From: Balanoglossus misakiensis
Taxonomy: Eukaryota; Animalia; Hemichordata
NCBI GenBank assembly: GCA_040954595.2
Contig: CM082582.2
Location: forward strand, 11,213,483 to 11,277,482
Direction of reading: 5' to 3'
DNA length: 64,000 nucleotides
A program made the translations under genes and the position numbers. Shown piece by piece: positions 20,178 to 33,532 of the stretch. A model generated the notes under the pieces. The model ran no database searches, was not told the DNA's origin, and saw only the letters and a list, made by a program, of their open reading frames with translations. Positions within the stretch are counted from its first letter, which is position 1; each line of letters begins with the position of its first letter.

Positions 20178-23100
20178 CTACATCGTGCCGTTTAAAAAGC
20201 GAGTTATCATTTCCAGAGCTTGGCCGGGTTTCCACTGTGGTACCATGTGACCAGCGCCCTTCACGGTCACATAAGTCAGGTTTTCGAATCTGTGGTAAAA
20301 TCCGGCGACCTGCTTGTTGTATATCCACTGTTGCCTTGTTTGAGTCTCCTGCAAAGAAGTGTATATTGTCAATGTGTAAAGTATGAAAACGTCTCAAGGG
20401 CTAGTTACTAAGTTGAATGTGATCGTAAGAAATTGTCATCAGATGTGTGAGTCCAGTGAACCGAAGTCGTCGAGTTAGGTTGTTTAAGTAAGACATTATG
20501 AGAGTAGTTGCCATGTGACCCTCTAACAGGTTACCAGCAGCTGCACCGCGTCAGTTTTTTCATCCGTGTTTTATAAAGATAAAAAGGAGCAGGAAATGTC
20601 TTACGTTCAGTTTCAGTGAGTCCACAAACCACTCGTCGCCCAGGAAGTTGCATGCCATGTCAGTGTCTCCGTTGTACACCAGACCCTTGTATTTGGTAAT
20701 CAGGGCTTTGTACTGGCCATACATGGTGTCATAGTTCGTCTTGTAGTGGTTGCCGACCTCATCACTGCGAAAATGACAAATTTCAACCTATGAACTAACA
20801 GCAAGTACATGATTGTATGTGTGACGGAAATCGATCAATTTTTGTGACGAATCTGTCCAGTAACATTTTCAGCGTCGTACTTCTCCCCACGCCCGTGTTT
20901 GGTTTATTTTACTCTACATTGAAATGACTCGCTGTGTTTTCTTGTGTTTTAATTTTCGAGAAGTATACATGTACACTTGCCTACACATCTCCCATGCCGG
21001 GAGTGTGTCCGGTATATGCAGCGCTTTCCTCACGTCCGGCAGATTGAGGTAAGCCGTGGCCGCCGTTATGTTCAAACACGGAGGATCCGTCTGACCATCC
21101 GTCTTCAGGCCGTTCTTGTGTGACTTCATCATCGTTGCATTTGTCTGTGAGAAGAAAATGTTAGTGATGTTGAACAAGTCCCAAATACACGATTTTAAGA
21201 AACTCAAGTGGGTCTCTTCAAGCACACAGTTGCGAAAATCTCCCCATCTTATTGGAAGTATGGATGTCATAATCAGACCAAATTGTTTTGCGTCACTGTG
21301 TGTTTTCCCGTTGGCAGATCGTTTCGTACCTCGATCGCTCATTGCTGAAGAGTTACGTTACAGACTTCTTACCCTTTTCGCGGTTTGTAGCTTTGGAACT
21401 TCAAAATTGTAAAACTTGAAAACGTTCTTCATGTCTCTCAAGAATCTCTGGGCGTGGGGAGGGATTCCGCCGTAGCAGTCCATGTACAATGCGTATACGT
21501 TTAAACCAATGTCGTAGAGGTTGTGGTTGACTTGGTCCATCTGACAGTGGTGAGAAAGAAGATGGGGGAAGAAATACAAACTATATTATCTTCTACTTTC
21601 TCCGTTTGCAGCTAGTGATTTGTAATTGTGGTAATCAAAAGTACCAATATGTGTAATTTCACAAAATATTGATTAACTAGTGTGGAACTGTTTCGGTGAC
21701 AAAGTTTACAACTTTCTTGAAAACGCCCCTGCTTCTGTTCAGTTTGCAACAAAAAATCCACAAACGATGACAATATACTCACTCCGATCTTGCAGTCCGG
21801 ATCAGTGTTGTTGTGGAAGTTACAAACTCCTTGGTTACAACAATACTTATTTAGGTCCTTCCAGAGACTTGCCGGGAAAAGAAGGCAGTTGATTATAAAG
21901 TGAGTTACCACATAGCAAACGAACTGTAAATCACAAATCCGCAAAGTTTTCGTAATGGATCTTGAGGATATCAAAAAACGATTCGGATTTGATTAGCTGT
22001 ACTTACTCGTCCCCAAAAAGTCCGTGATAATACATGAAATAGACAACCGAGTTGTCATTCAGTTCCCAACTCGAAATACCATTGCCAACCGCAAAACCCT
22101 GAAACAGAACAGAACATTTTTTTCTCGTTATCGGTTTGTTCTTGTTCAATTCCTTTCTAGCGTTTTAGACAGAAAGACCGACAATATTCCGCTTTGAACA
22201 GAGCGCCACATGCATTTTGCGGTCACTGGTCATTCTTGCTTTTAGGATTTACATAACGAGAATTTTTTGCGAAACAAATCTCGATAATGTACCACAAATG
22301 TGACATGTTGAACTCAAGTGACACAATGTGAACGTACACCACAAAACGTTCACCTTAAGATTTATGGACGCGTTTCCCTCCATGACTCTGACAGAAAGTG
22401 TCGGTACATAGATCCCTCCGTAACTCTCTCCGGTGATGTAGAATGAATTGTTGACGAACTCGGGAAATTTGGTGAAGAATGACTGTAAGGCTACGTAGTT
22501 GTCGAGAGACGTCTGAGAGAGAAAGCACATGATTGAGTCGTTAGGTTTTGGGACCACAGTTTGTTTCATTGTATGACGCGAGATTTGGTCGGGTCACACT
22601 CGGCCAAAAATACATGTTGTGATCATGGTGGAAACAGCTTACTTTCCTTGGCAAAATGTAGTCATTTTCCCGACAGTAAATTATATATAATAAGAAGCAT
22701 ATTATATATTAAATTATTACCTCGTCATCTGACGTTGTATAATTTTTGTCGGCAGAATAGGAAAAGCCCACGCCAGCTGGAGCTTCAAGGAAGAGAACGT
22801 TGGCTTGTTTGTTCCAACTGTACTCGTTGACATACAGTGTCTTGCCATCATCATTTGTCTGAAAGGGAAGGGGTTAAGTTATATATATGAGAAGGGATTT
22901 TCTGTGTCGGGAGTTGTTTTGGTCAGCGTAAAGATTTACTCCTCGGGCTCAAAATTCCTGTCGCGTGTCTATAGCAACCCTTCCAAGCTTAAGGATACCG
23001 ATTGTTGTCGCAAAAATCTTTTGGCGAGGGTGACGTGTAGGCCCTAATTCAGTTTAGAAGGTGCATTCCTGTGTTCAAACGTGTGTCCACATATGCCCCT

Positions 23101-24218
23101 GGAATGACGTAAAATTGGAAACGTGTGATTGTTTTGAAAGTCTGTATTCCTTCGTTTATCAAGTTGTATAACAGGGGGTCCACACTCACATGGAACGGTC
23201 CGAGTTCAGACAGAAACCCGTCGAGAGAACTGCATCCTGGTCCACCGTTTAACCATAGTAACAGGGGGTCGTCCGCGGGACTATTCTGAGATTCTACAAA
23301 CCTATCAAGAAAGTGCAGTGATTTGACAACAAAGATATTTCCATCTTGAGAATAATATATCGGTACGTCACACTCAAAACGCAGAAAGCAAATGCGATCC
23401 TGGTCAGAAATATCCGGATGTGTGGTAGAACTGATTATAGCATTTATTAATAGTTTTTTTTTCGTTAGTGCGTACAGAAATGGCTATCAAGTGTGAATCG
23501 AAAGGAAGGGCCCCTCTCGAGATAAAAGCTGACTTCTAGCTTTGTTGAGGACAACTGGCAGACAGGGAAGTATATCGCTCCGCATATAGTCGAGTGTACT
23601 ACAAAGGTCGACCTTAAGTGACCTCGAACAGGCTATTTTTTTTTTTTTTACAAAAGAATAAAAGTGAAAGTAAGAGAGGCGCACCATACCAGACAGAAAC
23701 TGGATGGTCGAAAGGAATCATGTCGCAAAGAACACACGACAAAACCGTTTTCTGCTTTCTATGCTGCGTTTTGAATCTTGTAAGTTAGTGTAGACATACA
23801 CACGCCCATGGTGTGACGGGCAAACCCCATTTGGAAACATTTACAACATTGTTCTTGTTTCATTTTGTTGAAGTGACTGTGCATTTACTATTTACGAATT
23901 AATGTACATTTATGTGAAATTACATGCTGAATACTGGTGTAATATATATGGTGCACTGTGTAACATTAAAATTCTGCCCGACCTGTAACGCGGAAACACC
24001 CACTCGACTCTTCAGCTAGCGTTCAATACATAACGTATTAAAGGTTCTTACCAGTAGTGCAGTCGCCTGGTACCGGTAGCGTTGAGGAAGCCCGAATACT
24101 GTTTAAATGACGGCTGCTCTTTCAGACCTGGAAGTGTCTTGATTATATCGGGATTTTCAGCCTCAACGAGAAGGTATAAAATAAGCGACAAAACGAAAAG
24201 TTTCAGTGGGGTTTTCAT
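20178..24218 (-). CDS. CTSA: Lysosomal protective protein / cathepsin A (serine carboxypeptidase S10), copy 1
   Basis: Signal peptide [20 protein letters not shown]; motifs [11 protein letters not shown], catalytic [17 protein letters not shown] and [11 protein letters not shown]. Confidence 0.93.
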
Positions 24219-24313
24219 TGTTTGCACCGACGGTCAGGAAAACGTTTACTTACAGGTGACCCGCACCCAGGAGACGAAGACAATACGCCTACCGAAACTG
24301 TCAAGCATGTTCA

Positions 24314-24364
24314 GTCATGTGATTCTGAAACCCCACGTGGTGCATATTTATTGTGATCATGTGA
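24314..24364. promoter_or_regulatory. Cluster of CLEAR/M-box-like E-boxes upstream of CTSA copy 1
   Basis: GTCATGTGA 24314-24322, CACGTG 24334-24339 and TCATGTGA 24357-24364, about 100-150 nt upstream of the ATG. Confidence 0.6.
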
Positions 24365-25315
24365 ATCGTGTATAAAATTGTCTTATACGACAAGTTGAGC
24401 TTTTCTGTCATTACTTCAGTACTTCAACTATGCATGGTGACTTAGCAGAGACCAGGCTAACCCTCGTCACTCAACTGTAGTTGATTTTTTCGCATCATAA
24501 ACCGAACAGGGAGCAAAGTTCAAATCCTCACCAACCACTACAAGTGCTCTGATTATTCTCTCTATTCCCGAAGAGGGTCTTTGTAGGAACGACACGTCGC
24601 ATAAATGATTTTATATCTGCAACTTGAAACCAGAAATATGGCACCTTTTATCAAACAAAAACTAGTTTTTTGTGGATGCCAAAAAATCGACGCTTTTGTG
24701 AAGCCCAGGTGTGCGTAGGGATAAAACACATAGCGCCCTCATATAATTTTGTCTATAGCGCATGGTCCAAAAGCTGGTGCTATCGAAAGAAATGGCAAAA
24801 ATAAAACATTGAGGGCAGCGTTTTCCGATGTACGTACATGTACTTTATTTTTCCAAGGTTTTACAGTGCAAATGAATGCCTGTCTTACCAGTACATATCA
24901 TGTGTAAGATTTATTCCAAATACAGTCTTTGCATTTGTAAATATATACACAGTTCATTTTATAAAAAGTTCCAATTAAATCAAAAATTGCTGCCTTGGAA
25001 ATTAAGAAATTGAAAGAGAGCATCAAGAAATTACCAATGTTACAAAAATAAAATAAAAAAACATTAAAGACCATAAACACATGTACTTAAGTATAGAACA
25101 GAAAGTGTAAATAGTGTCTTCCAGACTCTTTGAGAACTGAGCGAAGTACAAGAGAAAAAAGTGAACAGAGACAAAATTATGTCATGGATTTTTAACATAA
25201 AATAACAGCCTCAACAGATGTGGGCATGAAGTAGTACTTAATAGTTTGTGACCATCGTATGTTACAAGAAATATAAAGAAACATTTAAAAAAATAAAAGT
25301 TGACTTTGTTGTGCT

Positions 25316-28122
25316 TTAAAAAACACCGCTGAGGAAGTTGGTGATCATTTCCAGAGCTTGCGCGGGTTTCCACTGTGGAACCATGTGGCCGGCCCCTTTC
25401 ACTGTTGCATAGGTCAGGTTTTCGTACTTGTGGTAAAATCCAGCCACTTGTTTGTTGTATATCCACTGCTGACGAGCCTGGGTCTCCTGTGGCAGGAATG
25501 AACAGAAATAAAAAGTTTTCATTCTATTAAAAGTTCACTCTGATCTAAGGTGAATGAGTTGGCTCAATCTTTACATTTACTAGTTTGTTGGTGTTCTGTC
25601 TGCTTATCTACATCTGAACTTGCACTATAGAAAATCTCCCAGTATCACAAATACAATTCATACCTTCAGTTTGAGGCCATCCACAAACCATTCGTCTCCC
25701 AGGAAATTACATGCCATGTCAGTGTCACCATTATACACCAGACCTCTGTACTTTGCGAGCAGGGCTTTGTATTGAGTGTCCATCGACTCATAGTTAGACT
25801 TGTAGTTATCACCAACCTCATCACTGTGCAAAAATAAAAAGATGAATTATAGACAACTTTGTACAAGAATATACTATAGACTAGTTTTCTACATGTAATC
25901 ATATCTAATTATGAAATGCATTTAAATAATGCATAATTTCTTCCTTTCAGAAGAATACCATATTTTCATTATTCTCTATGACTTACCTGCAAACTTGCCA
26001 TGTGGGTACAATATCACTATTCACTACATGAAGGGCCTTCCTCACAGAATCTTGGTTCATGTACATTGTCTCAGCAGTGGTATTCACACATGGGATGTTG
26101 TCGTTTAGAAGATGCAAACCATGTGTACTGAAGGACTCTACCGTGGTTCCATTTTTCTGAAAAAGACAAACAGGGTTATTTGGTTTAAGATGGTGTATGT
26201 TCCTAGAATTTCACAAGAGCCAGAACACTATATATAGTAATCTAAAACTTTTAAATTGACAGTATCTTACTCACCTTCTTGTTTGGGAATTTGGGGATTT
26301 TAAATTTGTAGAATTTAAATAGATTTTTCAGGTCTGCCAGAAATCGTGTGGCGTGTGGTGGTATGCCTCCTTCACAGTCTGAGTACAGAGAGTAGCGATT
26401 GAGACCAGAACTCCACACAAGATGGTGGACTTTGTTGAGCTGAAAACACAAAGAGAAAAAAAGAAAGGTCACAAAAATTTGGTTCGCATGTGTATACATG
26501 TAATGTCGTCCCGCGTATTGTTCTGGATGGAAGAAGAGTATTTTACAGAATTGCATACTCACTTGCACAACACACATTTCATTTGTGTTGTTATGGAAGT
26601 TACACACGCCTTGGTTACAACAATGCTCATTCAATGCAGACCAGGTACTGAGGGAGAAAATGAAATTTGATTTGTTAACTTAATAAAAGTCACTAAACAT
26701 TTCTATCTTTGAAAATTTAGTAATAATTAAAAGATTACTTACTCATGTCCAATGACACCATGGTAGTAGGCAAAGTAGACAACAGAATTGTCATTCAGTT
26801 CCCAGCTTGACAGACCATTACCAACAGCAAAACCCTACAGAAAAAGGTCATCCTGAGTTGTACATTTCTCGTTGTTGCGAAAATAATTACATACGATCAT
26901 ATCCATTATTTTTGCAACTATTCAGTTACATTTGTATTAGGGCTTGGGTAATTGACTTACAAAAGTTCTCAGACACTTCTCCAGATTCATACTAGTTGTT
27001 TCATGTGAATACTGACCTTGAGGTTGATGGAGGAATTTGCTTGCATGACTCTCATTGCTAGGGTTGGAACGTAGATTCCTCCGTAACTTTCTCCAGTGAT
27101 GTAGAAAGGGTGTTTTAGAAATTCTGGAAACTTTGTGAAGAATGACTGCAGAGCTGCATAGTTGTTCAGAGATGTCTGTGCAAAGAATATAAAAGTAGGA
27201 AAGTTTCAAAAGTGTGCAGAACTATGATGATTTCCTGTACTTAATCAATGTTAAAATGATGTCTTCTTGTAATCATATGTTCACAGACTGAGAGTATGTG
27301 GATTATTGCTGTTATCCAATGAAAACGGAGGAAAAAGACTTAGAAGCATACCTCATCATCTGATGTTGTGTAATTTTTGTCATCAGAATAGGAAAAGCCC
27401 ACACCAGCTGGAGCTTCCAGGAAGAGAATATTGGCCACTTTGTTCCAACTGTAATCATTCATATACAGAGTCTTGCCATCATTGTTCACCTGTAAGGCAA
27501 AGTAGTATAAAGCACACATGTATTCTTGAACTTGTAGACAGGCACAGTGTTTACATACATACGGTAAAACTGAGAATAACAGTTGAAGCCATATCTGACT
27601 GCAGCACTGCCCCGCCCCCTTAAATCATTGCCATCTGGTTCCATTTCCCCTTCTCAGATATACTTACATGGAAAGGCCCCAGTTCAGACAGGAATCCATC
27701 GAGTGAACTGCAGCCTGGTCCTCCGTTTAACCACAGTAGTAACGGATCCTTCCCTGGATCGTTTTGGGATTCCACAAACCTGTTAAGCATGTCAATAAAC
27801 AATCAAGGTCACCTTGTCACTGATCTTTAAGAAACTGTTAATTGTTTCGTTTTGAACATGGAAACAAATATAACTGTTTGACAGGAAGGCAAATAAACGC
27901 ATGTTAGGGACCTCACTCGCGCACTACTGTGCAATGTCAAGTTCCTTACCAGTAGTGTAGCTTCTTCGTACCTGTGGCATTCAGATAGCCAGAGTAATGT
28001 CTGAAATTGATCTTACTTGTGAGACCGGGGAGCGATGTGATCTCGTCTGGATTAGCGGCTTGCAAAAAGCCGAAAACTGCTACAGACAAAGCAAACTGCA
28101 GAATGACCCCTCTGCTATTCAT
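25316..28122 (-). CDS. CTSA: Lysosomal protective protein / cathepsin A (serine carboxypeptidase S10), copy 2
   Basis: Signal peptide [22 protein letters not shown]; motifs [30 protein letters not shown] and [11 protein letters not shown]. Exon structure matches copy 1. Confidence 0.93.
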
Positions 28123-28221
28123 AGTTACAAGAGAAGCGTGAACGAAGGGGTACTCTTAATGTGAACCTTGATCAGCAGATCACAGTTTCACAGACCACAG
28201 GAAAATAATGTCTTTCATGAA

Positions 28222-28253
28222 TCATGTGACTCAGGTGGTATAGCTCACATGAC
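28222..28253. promoter_or_regulatory. Pair of CLEAR/M-box-like E-boxes upstream of CTSA copy 2
   Basis: TCATGTGAC 28222-28230 and TCACATGAC 28245-28253. Confidence 0.6.
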
Positions 28254-28472
28254 TTACCGACGATACCCGAGGATATCCGATATTGTTTAATGATAAATTT
28301 GCCGATGTGAAGCTCATTCATAATCATCTGTTAAATTCGTTGTCTTTAACATCCTCTTAAAATTGTTTTTATTTACTCATATACGATATTGTCACCAAAA
28401 TAAGTATTTTGATTGCAGGCAGCAAATATCTGTCGAACTTTACCGAACTTTTCCGAATGAGAAATTGAATCC

Positions 28473-28482
28473 AACATGGCGG
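28473..28482 (+). promoter_or_regulatory. YY1-type motif near the CNOT1 transcription start
   Basis: AACATGGCGG lies 180 nt upstream of the CNOT1 ATG. Confidence 0.55.
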
Positions 28483-28652
28483 CTGTGCGGGGTGCGCCAT
28501 GATGATAAATCCTGTTTTGCCAAGAATTGTTCCAGTTTTTCGATCTCAGGAGAGTTGCTAAACAACCTTAAGTGCGAAAATCTCGTTCGACGATTTAGCT
28601 AGGGCAGTTTCAAAGCAATTTGAAGCTTCCCTAAATGTGAAAGAATGAAATA

Positions 28653-31600
28653 ATGAATCTTGATTCGTTGTCGCTGGCCCTGTCTCAAATCAGTTACTCA
28701 GTGGCTAATCTAACCAAGAAGAACTACAAGTCAAGTATTGGGGAAATTTCCCGAGTAAGTATTTATTTTTCTCGGTATTTTCCTCTGAAAATTGCTTCTT
28801 TGGTTTGGACATGAGCTGTTTACAACAAAATCATCCGTCAAACCTTTCGGAGGAAGGCTCATTAGCTTCGAGAAAACGTAAGGTAACAGGACAATAGCAC
28901 AACAAAGCAAATGACTTGCACGCAGCATGCACAGACTGTAGATCGAATGCAGACATCGTTGGAGATCGCTTGGTGCCAGTTTGTTGCGGACATAAGTCGT
29001 TGTATTCATTTTGAGTCTGTCAGACATTGTAGCAGTGTCGGCGTCTAAAGATCACGAAGTCGATTTAGTTAGCAAATTATAGAAATGTGTTCTGTAACAA
29101 TGTCGATCATTTTGGCCGCATAGACGAAGTGATTGAACTGTTGTTATTAATATTTGTGTAAATATCTTAGAAGACAGCAAAATTGGATAATGATGAAATT
29201 TTACATCATTAGTCAAGTAGTCTGTAGGAGGAGACCACCTGTTGGGCTTCAAATTTCAATTGTTAAAAGAATCCATTCAATTACATGCAATTATCTATAA
29301 GGTTTTCATTATTTACATCTGTGATTAATGTACGATTAACAGATTAATGCGAAAAAACATTAATCTGAGAGGTGTATCCCTACATCATATTTATGTGTTA
29401 TATCATTTGTTCAGAAAGGGGAATTAACCTAGAATATATATATTTATTTCCAGCTTGTTTCTCGGCACGGACCGGAAGCTGACAGGCATCTGTTCCGCTG
29501 TCTTTTCTCACACGTTGATTTCAGTGGTGATGGTAAAAGCAGTGGTAAAGATTTTCACCAGGTAATTGCTGGCCGTCATATTGCAGTTCACATGTGACTA
29601 AAAACACCCAATATCCACATCCTGAACAATTTGTTTTCACAATTTTTGAACAAAGGGCTATTTACATTTCAATACCATTTATGTGTTTTGTTATTGGGAA
29701 ACGTTTGCCATGAGACAATCCATTTAATATTTGTGGCATCAGAGTGTTTTGAAATGCTACTTGAATTTTCCCAATTCATAAGCTTACCTTTTGTCTTTGC
29801 TTTCAGACTCAATTTTTGATTCAAGAGTGCTCATTGCTAATTACAAAGTCTAATTTCATATCTACCCTGTGCTACGCCATCGATTATCCATTGCATCATC
29901 AAAAGGTAGGTTTCCATGGAGATCATAAGTCTCTTATGGTATAATTGGAGTGTCTGTTCCAAGTCGGTTCTTTTTATAGATGATGGTGATGATGACGACG
30001 ATGACGACATTAACAATGACGTCAGCTTCCTTTGGAACAGCTTTGGCATTGCCGTGTTCAAAATTGTGGATTTTTGGAATGTTACTTTGTTTCAGTTGTC
30101 TGATATGATCAGTGTCTTTATATCTGAATATAGCGAGATGTAACTGTAAAAAATTAAATAGCAAACAATCTTAAGTGTCCTTGAGATGTTGATGGTGAAA
30201 TAAACAGCTCTATTTATGTAATTTGCTTGTATTTCTCTTCATAATGATTACAGAGCATTAAATCATCAAACCAGTTATTTGCTCAGTTGAGTAGAGTTCT
30301 GAAGTTAACCAAAGTGCAGGAAGTGGTGTTTGGGATAGCTCTGTTACATTCTTCTAACTCTGACACGCGCGTATACGGTAAGTGTGGACACAGTTTCCTT
30401 CCAAATGAAACAAGAGGGAAGATAGATTATTACGTTGCCTGTGCCATGCTGCTGTTAAAATTCCTCTTTTCTTGGATATTATGCTGGTGGTTGTAATTTT
30501 CCTTGTTGGCTCATTCTTGTCTGACATATTTTCCACTGTAGATAATACATCAATAAAACAGATTCTGACTATTTTCATTCACTTCCTTCCCTGCAGCTGC
30601 ACAATTTGTCAAGCAGAAGTTACCGGATTTATTGAGGTCTTACATCGACTCAGGTGAGGTTGCTAGGTCAGGGTTCTCAAAAGAAATTGATACCATCATT
30701 TGGGATTCGATGTATGCTTATGAATACATGTAGCTGTCATTCACGCGAGTTTCCGTGGGTAAAACAATATTGCTGTTTACTGTTGCAGATATTAGCAGTA
30801 GCCAAGAAGGAGGTCTGAACGACATAGCCATCGAAGTGCTTCATCTGCTTCTAACCCACTTGCTGCACGGACCAAAAAGTCAGTCTGGTATTGGGGCTGA
30901 TCAAAAAGAAGCTTTCCTTAACACACTCAGGCGGGGTAAGTCACTTGTGTTTCTCAGATTTTGTGTTGTGTATGCGACCTTCCTGTCAACACGGTTGGTT
31001 TGGAAAGTCACTTGGGGTCTTGAGATGTGCATTGTAAGTCACAGCATAATAGATACTATCCTTTTTGAACCGTGTTAAATGTTTTAATTTGCATGATTTT
31101 TAAATATCAGATGTAATATTTGCCACTGCACTGACATGCATGTGATTAACTTTTCCGGTTTGATCATCACGTCACTCCTTGAGAATTGTTGAAATTTCTG
31201 TATGTGTTGCATGCCCCTCTTATCCTCTTGATTTGTGTGTATGTGTGTGGTTTGACTTGTGCTCACCTGTTATCTTGCAAGTTGTGTAACCTGTTCTGTT
31301 GTTGTTACAGACTTCCCCAAGCATCAAGTCCCCGTTGTGTTGGCTCCACTGTTATATTCTGAGAAACAAGACATTTCTATGGATCGATTGATTACAGACG
31401 TAGTGAATGTACCAAATGCAATGGTGAGTATGTGTTTCGTTGCTGACACACAAACAAAAAATTCCCTCACCAAATGTATAGCAAAAATCAGTTGGATATA
31501 TTTCTTCTGATTTCATTCACTTCTCTGTAGCAGTCACCATTAGTGCGTACCCGTTTACATGCTGTGGGTGGTGGTGGTATTGATGATGAGTACATATTTT

Positions 31601-33501
31601 TCCCTCTCTATTTGGACACAGATGGAAGGTTCACTGGCGGACTTAATGCTTGAGATTGGCTACAGTTGCTGTGCCACTGGGGAGGAATGCCGCAACACGC
31701 TAGTCCAATATGGCGTCAACAGCATCACGCCCTCATCGGTTGCCAGAGTCCTGGGTATGATGGCCAGAACACACACTGGCCTTGGAGACCAAATGGCCCT
31801 TCAGGTACAGGTGATGATTTTTGACTAGCTAACTATCTGAGCCTGCTGGATGTTATGGAAAATATTTTGTTATAACACAGTTATGACACAGCTACCAGTT
31901 GCAGTTTGCCACATTTTCATATTCTGTTTTCCCTTTCTTCCAGTCATTGACTGCACCCGGAGGTAACATATGGAGTGACGGCAAAGACAAGTCGGACCAG
32001 GGAAGTCAATCCACCACCTGGAATGCGACCATCTTTGTGGACGTGGTTAGGGACTGTGCACCGCACATCAACTGGAGGGAGGTTATCTTTGAACTGGATT
32101 ACAACGGCTTTACCATCAAGGATCACCAAGCCCTGAGGCTGATCAAGGAGGCCTACATGAGAGGGCTGCCTGAGGTTTTCCCGGTTGAGTTTTTGTACAG
32201 GACATGGAAAAACACAGACGGACAGGTAGAGTTAATGTTACTGATACAGAAACCCCGCTTTGGCCTTTCCTTAAAAATTTACAGTCCCCACAACCCAATA
32301 CATGTAGGGTCATCCTACATGTGAGTTTCCACGTTTCATGTGATGTGCTATTTTGTGTATGTCATATCATCTCTCACAGTCTGTACTCACTGCCACCATC
32401 TTGACTTGTGTTGTTTGCAGCTCTCTTGGATAACGCAGGCCCTGGCAAACCCGGAAATCTTCTGCTTTGCCGATTATCCGTGTCACACAGCTGTCATAGA
32501 CATCCTCAAGGCACCTCCGGATGATGACAACAGAGAAATAGCCACCTGGTAAGCCATGCATGGAAATTATACTCTCAATTTCCAGACAGACAGGCCCCAT
32601 TGTTTGAAGACATAATATGTTATGTCGTCTCTTCTGTTGCAGGAAATCACTTGACCTTGTTGAGACGTTACTCAGGCTGTCAGAAACTGGGAAATATGAC
32701 CAAGTGAAACTGTTATTCAGCTATCCGATCAAACACTGTCCAGATGTGCTTTTACTAGCTTTACTGCAAGTGCAGGTGAGTGTCATTCACTCAGCAATCA
32801 AGGGTGAGGTCCATTCTTGTTTTTGAACCCCTTTACAAAGGATTGGTTGAAACTTAATTGGTAATACAGTACATTGTGTGCCATATGGTGTTGGGGGAAA
32901 AGTGTTAATGTCATATGGATTGATTCCAAGTGTTGTCTCTGTCTTTCCACAGCCAACATGGAACACATTGCGCCATGAACTTGTCTCCACTTTACTGCCA
33001 ATCTTCCTGGGCAATCATCCGAATGCTGCAATAGTATTACATTATGCTTGGCATGGCCAGGTAAGCTGTATTCACTTCGTAGTTACCGGTACACAGTGTT
33101 AGTTTTAAAAAGACGTGATGAGATCGTCTGTAAGAACAACCAACACATAAACATGGTAATAATTGTGATAATATATAGGTGTTACTGTTATTTTTGCTTG
33201 CATCATTATTAATGACATGTATTTTTCTGTTTCCACAGGGCCACTCACCCACCATCAGAAAGTTGGTAGTACATGCCATGGCCGAGTGGTACATGAGAGG
33301 TGGTGATAACTTTGACCAGAGCAGGTTGTCCCGGATTCTTGATGTTGCTCAAGACTTGAAGGCTCTGTCACTCTTGCTCAGCGGAACACCGTTTGCGTTT
33401 GTGATCGATCTGGCATGTCTGGCATCTCGGAGGGAGTACCTGAAGCTTGACAAGTGGCTGACTGATAAAATTCGAGAGCATGGGGTAAGTCTCTGACAAT
33501 C

Positions 33502-33532
<31 letters not shown>

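Noticed and set aside
23430-23700. Possible interspersed repeat in CTSA copy 1 intron 1
   Set aside because: There are no clear terminal repeats and no second copy in the window.
33110-33130. GTGATGA inside a small hairpin in a CNOT1 intron
   Set aside because: There is no downstream box D.
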